Assembly: GCF_963921235.1 (NCBI RefSeq)
Contig: NC_086097.1
Location: 99,884,001 to 99,948,000, forward strand
Length of the DNA stretch: 64,000 nt
Direction of reading: 5' to 3'
Source of the DNA: Mobula hypostoma
Lineage: Eukaryota
In this document: positions 11,501-22,929 of the stretch, one piece after another
Position numbering within the stretch: the stretch's first letter is position 1
How the letters are laid out: every line of letters starts with the position of its first letter
Position numbers and translations under genes: made by a program
The notes under the pieces: model-generated
The model's input: the letters and a program-made list of their open reading frames with translations, nothing else
Database searches by the model: none
What the model was told of the DNA's origin: nothing

Positions 11501-14500
11501 TTTTGAGAAGTTAGAATAATTTATTTCATGTGAATATCATTTCATGTTGAGAAAAGAAAATGGATATTACTTGAAGAACATGCAAATGTATTTAGTTGAA
11601 AGTTCTGAGGATCTTTATGCAAGGTATTCTCTTATAGTATTGAGCGCTGAATCTTCCATCAACTTGTAAGGGCTTGCATTCAGTCTTCAGCACGCGATTG
11701 ATTGCTGATGCCTGCCAGAATGCCTGGGGAGGGGCTGTACACGCCGTACTCGTTTCGTAAAGTGACTGATGCACGAAGGTAGCGTATCTATGTTTCATTT
11801 GCCATCTCCCTTTCACAGGGGTACTGCACAAACAGCTATGAGCAATCAACAATTAGCAGAACGTACACATGCGCAATTAGGATGGCACTGTAGTTGCTGA
11901 ATATGATCTATGTATTTTCTTGGCTACGGTGTGAAAGAGGTAGACAAGGCAATGTGGAGAAATTGTGGGACAACGGAGCCAGCCTGAGTAATAGCATCCA
12001 TTATTTTGGACAAATTACTTCCTTCTTGGGATTGTATTCATACGAATATGAATGCAAACTTAATCAGATCTGTCGAGATCGAAGTCTGTTTGCAATGAGT
12101 TTGAAAACAAGTCGGAGTCATAAAGGACTGATAAGGCTCTGTGCCTGTCGGAGATAAGCACATGGAATAATATCCGTCATTTCTCAGCAAGGCAAATACT
12201 CAGAAACAGAATCAAGCTTAATATGTCATGAAATTTGTTGTTTTGCGGCAGTGGTGGATTGCAATACTAAGTAATTAAAAACTAGGTTACAATCAGAAGC
12301 GCATATCAAAATATAAATTACATAAGTACTGCAAAAATGGAGGGGAAAATTACTGAGGAAGTGTTCATTGTCTGTTCAGAAATCCGATGGCGGAGGGGAA
12401 GAAGCTGAAACGTTGAGTGTACCACCTCCCTGATGGTAGAAATGAGAAGACGGACGTCCTGATGATGGGCGTCCTTAATGATGGACGCTGCCTTTGTGAG
12501 GATGCCCCGGGTGCTGGGGAGCCTGGTGCCCAGGATGGACGATGGAGTTTACAACTTTCTGCAGCTTTCCCCAGTCCTGTGCTGTGGCCCTATATTTGAC
12601 AGTGATGCAACCAGTTAGAATGCTCTGTAGAAATTAGCGAGTGTTTTTGGTGACATACCAAATCTCCTAAAACTCCTAATGAAATATAGCCGCTGCTCTG
12701 CCTTTTCTTTGTAATTGCATCAATATGTTGACTGAAGGTGGGGCCACAAGAGACTGCAGATGCTGGAATCTGGAGCGACATGCAACCTGCTGAAGGAACT
12801 CAGCAGCTGTGGAATATGCAAGGAGCTGGGGCAGGGTTTCAACTCGAAACATTGACAATTCCTTTCCTCCTACACATGCTGGCCAACTCCCTCCAGAGGT
12901 TAAAGAATTTCAGCAGGTCCCCGTTGACTCTTGCCAATTTTTATTGATTTACCAGAGAAATGGATAATGGCAACTGCTCTGCATGTGACTGCAACAGACT
13001 GCAGAAGTGTGGGTACAGCTCTGCACATCACAGCGCAGGAACCAGCCTCTCCTCTTTGGACTCCGTCTATACTTCTCTCTGCCTCAGTAAAGCAGCCAGA
13101 ATAAACAGAACACTTCAGCAACCCTGGCGTTCTCTCTTCACCCCTCTCACACTGGCAGAAGATACAGAAGCCTGAACAGACATACCACCAGGCTCAAGGA
13201 CAGCTTCTGTCTCACTATTATTAGACTCTTGTATGATAAAGTAGATTCCTGGCCTCACAATCTACAGTACCTAGTTATGATCTTGCATGTTATTATTTAC
13301 CTGCTCTGCACTTTTTCAGAAGCTCTTACACTTTATTCTGTGTTGTTATTGTTTTGCCTTATTCTATCTCAATGCACTGTGTAATGATTTGATCTGTCCA
13401 AACATTATGCAATTCAAGCTTTTCACTGTATCTTGGTGTACGTGACAATAATAAAACAAAACCTGCTGAGTTCCTCCAACAGTTTGTTTGCAACTACTAA
13501 AGACATTCTTCTTGAAATACTGATCAGGGTCTGAGAATGGCGAGTTCTTTAGGGCTGCTCGGGAGGTTAACTAAATCAATGCCAGAATCTCCATGCAGTA
13601 TCCGGGCCAATGTACAATCCAGCACACCCAGGGCTTTTGTGGATTAGCAGATTTTCTGCACTGTTGAATGTTATTCCTAAATTACCCTAATACATTTTAA
13701 TTTTATTTAAGATGTTTCACAGTATTACAATAAGTTTTGCAGTACGTTTAAAGGGAGCTCAGGAAATGGGACCCTGATCAGTTTAAAGAGAGTGTAGGAA
13801 CTTGGGCTCCTGGTGTTGAATCGAATGGGAGAACCATTCTCCCTGGTAAATTGGAAGTAAATATACCAGGTATCAATACGTAGGTGACCCACCCCCATCC
13901 TGCCCCTCCCCCTGCATTACAACCATTTGGGTTACAGAAATTCACCAAATCACTACCCAAAAAAATTGAGATATGGAATACAATTTTCTTTTATAGAATG
14001 TAATGGAAGTAAACCAATGGAAAGTTTATCCTTTTCTTCAATTGCTGTTTCTTGTGCAGACAATGCAGTTTTACAATACGGAAAATCATGATGTGAATGA
14101 TTTTCTCTAAACGCATCCTCCTCTGATGTGGGGGCGGGGGGGTGGTCACAAGTATTGGATGTTATGGTATTATGTACAGTAGGGAAGGCCTTGAAGTGTA
14201 AAACTGCACAAGGGGCATTCCTCTGTCGTCTCTCTTGGGGGAGAGCACTGATACTGGGAAGATTTGTATGAGTTCATGCACACTCAGTTATAAAGATGAC
14301 CTTCGATCAATAGCAACAATTCCAGATTCTCCATCACTTTTGCTCTCAGTTTCTTAATACTCTTCATTTTAATTCTTTAAAATGTATTCCTCACATGGAT
14401 TCTGGCAAAGCCAGGGTCTATATGACTTCCACTTCCAGTCCCAACTCATGTACACGGGAAAGAATCTTAACCCAACCTCTCTGGAAGGGCTTGAAGCAAT

Positions 14501-15439
14501 ATTAATCAGACTGGATGAGCTGTCCATCTTCTACTGAGCCTGATTCCTGTAAGGAGAATGGTGTTTAGATGAATCCCCTACATATCTGGTCAACATGCAC
14601 GCACAGTCAAACATATGCTAAATACTCAACAGAAGGGACAGCAAATTCATACAGAAAAATGGAAGGGCAATGACATAGAAAAGGAAACAAGTTTACAGAC
14701 AAATATTCAGTTGAAGGTCGAGCTCTGACAGACCATTAAAAAGAAGACTCATTTTACAAGGTGATGTCATAACACAAAATTTTCACAGAAATTTCAATTA
14801 GCTCATGAGTTCTACCTACTCAGATTATCTTAAATCCACCCTTCTATCCATCCTGATACAGGAGTTTTAATAATAGAACCTGATAAAAATCCATTTGAAT
14901 CTACGTTGAATACATTCTATAATTAAACAATACCAGTCCCTTGAGTCTGACTGTTTGGGATTCTCCTTCAAAATGCTTCACTTTCCTTGGAAAGCTTATA
15001 ATTGTTTCCACTCTAATGATCATACCAATCAGTGATGTCAATGTCACATCTAAGCAAACAATCCTCCTAATAGAACACTTTTCATCTCAGTAATATGTTG
15101 ATAAACTTGCATTGCATCCTCTCAGAAGGCTCACTACAATTTGGGCCAACAACAGTCTGTACCTGAGCAGCACCCACTCTCATTTAATTGTTAACCCCAG
15201 CAAGAGTGGCTAAAATGTTAACTCTCTTTCTTCCTCTACAGATGCCGAGTATTTCCAGCATTTTAGTTCAGATTTCCGGCATCCGCAGTTTTATTCTGAA
15301 TTGTCTACTCATTGCAGTTCCTAATTTCACTTCACTGAGAAAGTACTCTGTTCTCTCTGTACTTTACAAAGTCTAGCTAGGCCACACATCAATATCCCAT
15401 TGCAGACGTGCTGGCCACCCAGTATTGTACCCCATTGTT

Positions 15440-18400
15440 GGAATCAGAATAAGAATCAGATTTAATATCACTGGCATATGTCAAGAAATGTGTTCTTTTG
15501 CAGCACAGTACATTGTAATACATAATAGTAAAAACTACAAATTACAGTAAGAAATACATATAAAAATAAATTTTAAAAGTAACGTGGGAAGAGAGGGGGA
15601 AATAGTGAGGAATTGTTCATGGGTTCAATGTCCATTCAGAAATCTGATGGCGGAGGGGAAGAAGCTGTTGAGTGTGTGTCTTCAGGCTCCTGTACCTGCT
15701 GTCTGATGGTAGCAATGAGAAGAGGGCTTGTCCCAGGTGGTGGGGTCCCTGATGATGGATGCTGCCTTTTTGAGGCATCGTCTTTTGAAGGTGTCCTGGA
15801 TGCTGGGAAGGCTCGTGCTCACGAAGGGGGTTACAACTCTGCAGCTTTTTCTGATTTTGGTGTGGCCCCTCCACACTTGATGGTGATGAAACCAGTTAGA
15901 ATGCTCTCTGCAACACATCTGTAGAAGTTGTGTCTTTGGTGACATATCAATTCTCATCAAACTCCAATGAAATATAGCTGCTGTCATGTCTTCTTTGTAA
16001 TCGCTTCAATATGTTGAACCCAAGACAGATCCTCAGAGATTTTGACACCCAGGAACTTGAAACTGCTCACTCTCTCCTCTTCTCATCCCTTGACTTACCC
16101 TTCCTGAAGCCCACAAGTAATTCTTTGGTCTTATTGATATTGAATGCAAGGTTGTTGCAATTGCAACACTCAACCAGCTGATCTATTTCACCCCTGTATT
16201 TCTTCTCATTACCATCTGAAATTCCTCCAATAATGGTTGGGCTGTCAGCAAGTTTTTAGATGGCATTTGAGCTATGCCTAGACATACAATTGTGGGTGTA
16301 GAGAGAGTAGAGCAGTGGGCTAAGTTAGATAGTTAGATACTTCATTGACTCAAAAGGAAATTACGGTGACACAGTAGCATTACAAGTGCATGGATATACA
16401 AATATTAGAAGAGAAGTAAGAAAGAATCAAAAATAAGTTACCTTAAACATAAGATGAACAAGATTTCCAAGTCAAAGATTATAAGATTTTCAAGTTTACA
16501 CTGATTAGATTAGATTCAACTTTATTGTCATTGTGCCAAGTACAGATACAAAGCCAATGAAATGCAGTTAGCACCTGACCAGAAATGCAAAGAATAGTGT
16601 TATTTATAAAATAACTGTGAATTTAAAGTAAGTGCTACAGCACACAAATATAAAAGTACTGAGACAGTACAATATGGATGCAATACTGCTTAGCGCTGTG
16701 ATGTGAGGTTCAGCAGGGAAGAAGCTCTTCCTGTGCCTGCTGGTGCAGGAGTGGAGGATCCTGTAGCACCTACCGGATGGAAGGAGAGTAAAAAGTCCAT
16801 GGTTAGGGTGAGATGCATCCTTGATAATGCTTCTCGCCCTGCCCAGGCAGTTGGTAGCGCAAGAATTACCATAATATTATACAATAATGGGTGCACATTC
16901 ACACCATCCAGATAAGAAGTGATGGTAGCATTGCACAGTATTGCACAGGGCATCTGCAATAGCAGGGTCTGGTAAACAGAGGCTAATAACAGTCTAACAG
17001 GAGGGGTCATCACTTCCCTGGCTATAGGTTGACTCTCAATGGAGCCTAATGGCCAAAGGTAAGAATGGCTTCATATCACACTCTTTGGAGCAGCACAGTT
17101 GTCTTAGTCTTTAACTGAAAGTGCTCCGCTGTTCAGCCAAGGTGACATGCAGGGGGTGAGAAACATTGTCTAGAGTTGCTGGGGTTTTCCGGAGGGTTCT
17201 TTGTTCTACCACAGATTCTAGTATGTCCAGTATGACCCCTATAACAGAGCCAGTTTATTGAGCCTGTTGGCATCATCCATGTTGATGCCATTGCCCCAGC
17301 ACACCACCGCATAGAAGATTGTACTGGCAACAGCAGACTGGTAGAACATGTGAAGGAGAGGCCTGCAACCTCCAAAGGACATCAGTCTCCTCAGGAAGTG
17401 GAGGCGACTCTGGCCCTTCTTGTATACCACCCGTGTTGGTGCTCCACTCAAGCCTGTCATCCAGGTGCACCCCCAGGTACTTGTAGGTCCCCATGATATC
17501 CACGTTGTCACCTTCAATAGTACAGAGAACAGTGCGGGCTTAGCCTTCATAAAGTCTATCACCATCTCCTTTGTCTTACTGATGTTGAGCTGCTGATGAT
17601 GCAGCTTGTACCACTTGACAAAGTCCTCCACCAGGGCCCTGTATTCATCCTCCCGTCCTCCCTTTATACACTCAACTATTGCTGAGTCATCAGAGAATTC
17701 CTGCAGATGACATGTCTTCTCAGTGTTGTATCTGGAGTTTGAGGTATACAGGGCAAACAGGAAGGGAGCCAATACAGTTCCCTGTGGAGCCCCGGTTCTG
17801 CTTATAGTCATGTCTGACACACAGCTCTGAAGCCCCACACACTGTGGTCTGCCAATCAGGTAGTCCATTATCCAGGATACAATGGAAGTGCCAACCTGCA
17901 TTGAATGGAACTTTTCCCCCGGCAATGAGGGTTGCGTGGTATTGAAGGCACTTGAAAAATCAAACAACATGATCCTCACAGTGCTGCCCTGCTTGGGTCC
18001 TAAGCACGTATCCTTGAGGTGACCAGAGTTGATTACCAGGGAGGAGGAAATGCTATTTCTAGTCCTACTGACTGGTCTCCCGATGAGGAAGTCAAGGATC
18101 CATTCGCAGACGGAGGTAGAGAGGCCCAGGTTCTGGAACTTTTTGATTAGAACTGAGGTTATGATTGTGTTGAACGCTGAGCTGTAATCAATAAACAGCA
18201 GCCTGAGATTGGTATTGCTATTGCCGAGGTGATCCAAGACCAAGTGGAGAGCCAGTGAGATTGCATCCTCCGTAGACCTATTGTGGCGAAGGGCAAATTA
18301 CAGTGCGTCCAGGTCCTTGCTGAGGCAGGAGTTGATTCTGGCCAGGACCACCCTCTAAACGGATGTGAGTGCCACAGGGCAATAGTCATTGACGCAGCTC

Positions 18401-18560
18401 ACCCTGCTCTTGCGAGCACTGGTACGATTGTCCTCTTGAAGCAGGTGGGAAACTCAGGCTGCCGCTGTGAGAGATTGAACGTGTCCTTGAACACTCCTGC
18501 CAGCTGGTTGGCACAGGTTTTCAGAGCCAGCCAGCTGCTCCTGACATCTTGCAAGGTTTC
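15440..18560 (-). mobile_element. Cluster of nested Rex1/Babar-type LINE fragments
   Basis: Several separate 3' tails (about 15442, 16325, 16503) and two RT pieces ([10 protein letters not shown] and FDFSSAFNT...[13 protein letters not shown]...FSDD) joined in ORF 17239-18243. Confidence 0.8.
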
Positions 18561-19449
18561 ACCCCCTTGAAAGGTGTTCTGACGTTGGCCTCTAAGTCAG
18601 AGGTCACGGGGCCAATGGATGTTGTAGGAATTCTCCCTTTCAATCAGAATCAGAATCAGAAGCATGTCAAAACTGACTGTGGGCCAGTTCCAAACATAAA
18701 ACACCACAACAGACAACACACAATTTACAATCCGGTACTGCACAAAGCTGCGAGCAATCAACAATGAGCAGAGTGGTCACATGCGCAAGCTCAATAATCA
18801 AACTTCAATAAGTGTGAAAATGTGAACAAATAGTGAACAGAACACGGAGAGCAGGAAAGACCATTGAAGGGATGTTGTTTAGGGGCAGTCAGGGTACCAC
18901 ACATGAGTGAGAAGCTGGGCAGCTACAGGAAAGAAGCTTCGGAGATGACGTGGAGATGGAGTGGTGATGGACTTCCCTTCATGGCAGTTTGGTGAATAGG
19001 TGGCTTCTAGGGTGCACGGAGTCAGCAGTAATTTTTCAAGCAACACACACACAAAATGCAGGTGGAACTCGGCAGGCCAGGCAGGACCTATGCAATTTTT
19101 TTCAGCTCTGGTGGTGAATAGGTCTTTTAACATCGGCAATTGACAGCCAATGATCTTCTCCGCTGAGTGAACTACTTGCTGCAGCCTGGACTTGGAGAGG
19201 GAGGAGGTGGTGGGGAGGCAAACGGTGATAAAAGTGGTTGTAACACTCTCAATGATGGCTGATTAACAATTCATCAGGGTACATCCGGAGGTGTTAAGTT
19301 TCCTCAGCCTATGTAGGAAGAGCAATCTCTGCTGGGCTTACCTAATGATATTGATTTCACTAATGATAAAGAGTTTGAACTGCAGCCAATCAGTAAACAG
19401 GAGCATGAGAAGAAGGGGCAACTTCACACAGATTGGCGATTGAAGATTA

Positions 19450-20060
19450 AAAAAGCAGCACTTTGCGGCAATTAATGAATTGGATTATTTAGCAAGGGCA
19501 AATATAAAAAACGCATGGGCAAGCATGTGCGGCCATTGTTGGAGTGGGGCAGTGTTAGAGTGGGGAGGCTTTTGGCTTTGGCTCATCATGCAAGGTAAGT
19601 ATTGGGTAGGTTTCTTCTTCTTTTTCTTTATTCTTCATTCCTTGTCTGTTTGGGCACAATTAGAGTAGTGAGAATGACTCCAGGGGCAGTGTTCTGTTCT
19701 TTGTGTAAGATATAGGAATTCTGCAAGACCAGATACAGTAACCACACCTGCAACAGGTACACCAAGCTGTAGCTTCTCTGAGAGCGCGTGAAGGAACTGG
19801 AGCTGCAGCTTGATGACCATTGACCCAGATGGGAGACTGAGGAAGTGATAAGGGGGAGCTACAGGGTGGTGGTCACCCCTGGGTTGCAGGGGGCAGGTAA
19901 CTGATAGACTGTCAGAAGGAAGGGAAATGCACAGCCAGTGCAGAGTGGCCCTATGGCCGTTCCCCTCAATAATTAGTACTGTATACTGTTTTGGATACTG
20001 TTGGGGGGGGGCCGATCTACCAGAGGGGACACTCAGTGACTGAATCTCTGGCACTGACTC
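19450..20060 (+). mobile_element. CR1 LINE 5' UTR/ORF1 fragment
   Basis: Zinc-finger/coiled-coil ORF1 start (TCNRY..L..RVKELELQLD); similar to 57540-58700. Confidence 0.7.
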
Positions 20061-21650
20061 TGGTGGAATGCAGCAGGCCAGGTAGCATCTCTAGGAAGAG
20101 GTACAGTCGACGTTTCGGGCCGAGACCCTTCGTCAGGACTAACTGAAGGAAGAGTTAGTAAGGGATTTGAAAGTGGGAGGGGGAGGGGGAGATCCAAAAT
20201 GATAGGAGAAGACAGGAGGGGGAGGGATGGAGCCAAGAGCTGGACAAGTGATAGGCAAAAGGGATATGAGGCTGGGGAAGGGAGAGGATCATGGGATGGG
20301 AGGCCTAGGGAGAAAGACAGGGGGGGAACCCAGAGGATGGGCAAGGAGTTATAGTGAGAGAGACAGAGGGAGAAAAAAAGGAGAGAGAAATAAATAAATA
20401 AATGAATAAATAAACAATGGATGGGGTACGAAGGGGAGGTGGGGCATTAACGGAAGTTAGAGAAGTCAATGTTCATGCCATCAGGTTGGAGGCTACCCAG
20501 ACAGAACATAAGGTGTTGTTCCTCCAACCTGAGTGTGGCTTCATCTTTACAGTAGAGGAGGCCGTGGATAGACATGTCAAAATGGGAATGGGATGTGGAA
20601 TTAAAATGTGTGGCCACTGGGAGATCCTGCTTTCTCTGGCGGACAGAGCGTAGGTGTTGAGCAAAGCGGTCTCCCAGTCTGCGTCAGGTCTTGCCAATAT
20701 ATAGAAGGCCACATCGGGAGAACCGGACACAGTATATCACCCCAGCCGACTGACAAGTGAAGTGTCGCCTCACCTGGAAGGACTGTCTGGGGCCCTGAAT
20801 GGTGGGAGGAAGTATAAAGGCATGTGTAGCACTTGTTCTGCTTACAAGGATAAGTGACAGGAAGGAGATCAGTGGGGAGGGATGGGGGGGGGACAAATGG
20901 ACAAGGGAGTCACGTAGGGAGTGATCCCTGTGGAAAGAAGAAAGGTGGGGGAGGGAAAGATGTGCTTAGTGGTGGGATCCCGTTGTAGGTGGCGGAAGTT
21001 ACGGAGAATTATATGTTGGACCCAGAGGCTGGTGAGGACCAGGGGAACCCTATTCCTAGTGGGGTGGCGGGAGGATGGGGTGAGAGCAGATGTGTGTGAA
21101 ATGGGAAAGATGCGTTTGAGAGCAGAGTTGATGGTGGAGGAAGGGAAGCCCCTTTCTTGAAAAAAGGAGGACATCTCGTTCGTCCTGGTTGGAGGAACAA
21201 CACCTTATATTCCGCCTGGGTAGGCTCCAACCTGATGGCATGAATATTGACGTCTCTAACTTCCATTAATGCCCCACCTCCCCGTCGTACCCCATCCCTT
21301 ATTTTTTCTCTCTTTTTTTCTCCCTCTGTCCCTCTCACTATAACTCCTTGCCCAACCTCTGGGCTCCCCTCCCCCTTTCTTTCTCCCTAGGCCTCCCGTC
21401 CCATGATCCTCTCACTTCTCCAGTCTGGTATCCCTTTTGCCAATCACCTGTCCAGCTCTTGGCTCCATCCCTCCCCCTCCTGTCTTCTCCTATCATTTCG
21501 GATCTCCCCCTCCCCCTCCCACTTTCAAATCTCTTACTAGCTCTTCTTTCAGTTAGTCCTGACAAAGGGTATCGGCTCGAAACGTCGTCTGTACCTCTTT
21601 CTGTAGATGCTGCCTGGCCTGCTGCGTCCACCAGCATTTTTTATGTGTGT
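20060..21650 (-). mobile_element. Penelope-like element with inverted pLTR
   Basis: 20060-21185 is homologous to 1960-3060 (GIY-YIG region). 21186-21650 is an inverted copy of about 20060-20530. Confidence 0.9.
20105..20140 (-). ncRNA. Minimal hammerhead ribozyme motif (best-preserved copy)
   Basis: AGUC-CUGACGA-A-GGGU(CUCG)GCCC-GAAA-CG-UC-GACU on the minus strand. Confidence 0.8.
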
Positions 21651-21651
21651 T

Positions 21652-22130
21652 ACCACTAGTGCAGGGATTGACTCGTCTCCACCAGTTCTATAACCAAGTA
21701 TTATATAATGACAGATGTATGTGCAACAATTTGGTACGCCACTAGCAGATCGTGTAAGCAAGAGTTAAACAGTGACAGACATGTCTCCACCAGTAGTGTA
21801 CCCTAGTGTTATAAAGTGGCAGAACCTTCCCCACCAGTATTGTACACCTGGTTATAAAATGACAGGCTTGTCCCACCAGCGTTTGCAGTGACAATCCCAT
21901 CCCCACAAGTACCATAAACCAGTGTTATATGGTGACAGAACTGTCTCAGTCCTGGTCCCCGGTATTATGCAGTGACAGATATATTCCACCAGTATTGTGC
22001 TTGGTGTTATTCAGTGACAGGCCTGCCTCTACCAGTACCATATCCCAGTGTTATTCAGTAACAGACCTCTCCTCATCGGTTCCATAACACAGAGTTATAC
22101 AGTGACAGACCCATCCCCACCAGTACTTTC
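21652..22130 (+). repeat. Degenerate ~41-bp minisatellite
   Basis: About 11 copies resembling cccagtgttatacagtgacagacctgtccccaccagtactgta. Confidence 0.8.
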
Positions 22131-22395
22131 CCCAAATCTCATCAGAATTCACTGTATGACACCAGGGCGTAGATAGTGAACAGTGTCAGTCTTTTCCCTT
22201 GATGAGAGAGGTGAGAGGTTTAAGATAAGAGGGGAAGGACTTAAAGGGGACATGAGGTACGAGTTTTTCACATAAAGGGTGGTGGCGATATGGAATAATT
22301 GTAGAGGCATGGAGGTTTCTAACGGACAAGAGACATTTGGACACGTACATTGACAAGAATGGTTTTGAGGGATATGAGTTAAACTCAGTGAAATG

Positions 22396-22635
22396 TGTTA
22401 TGTATTTGAGTAATACTGTGAATATACCATATTGTTTGATTAAGCATTCTTTATTGTTTACATATTGCATTGCGGGTTAGATGTAAAAGTACGTAAATGG
22501 CATACGTCATCATGCCACCACATCTATATGTGCACACCTACTCTGCTTTAAGAGAAAACAAAATTAGACTTGCATTCCGGGCTCCTTTGTTTTCCTCTCA
22601 ATTAGTTTTATGTTTTGGAGTTACAAAACATAACA
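22396..22635. mobile_element. Solo LTR (240 bp) inserted in a CR1 3' UTR
   Basis: Termini TGTTATGT...ACATAACA form an 8-bp inverted repeat. 5-bp TSD aaatg at 22391-22395 and 22636-22640. Removing it restores the CR1 tail. Confidence 0.85.
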
Positions 22636-22929
22636 AAATGGGACTAGCTCAGGCAGTGACTTTGGTTGGCATGGCGTGGACAAGTTGAGCTGAAGGGCCT
22701 GTTTCTGTGCTGTATAAATCAATGACTCTAAAGTTATTCAAACTCTGGCCCCTTTCTCCACAAACACTGAGCAACCTGAGTATCCCCAGTGTTTGACACT
22801 TTATTTTAGATTTTCAGCATCTGCAGTTATTATTTCATTCCCTCTCTCCCCCATTGTGCAGAAAATACAAATGAGCATTGAAAGTACATGACACCAGGGT
22901 CCTCCCCACTAACATTGAACATGATGTGG

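Noticed and set aside
11592..11852. 86-aa minus-strand Cys-containing ORF as a host exon
   Set aside because: No recognisable family, and no partner exons found.
13740..15000. Possible exons of a neighbouring gene
   Set aside because: The candidate AG...GT segment at about 13743-13869 has stops in all three frames; nothing else recognisable.
17239..18243. 334-aa ORF as an intact gene
   Set aside because: A chance in-frame join of two Rex1-type RT fragments, with the SSAFNT motif appearing twice.
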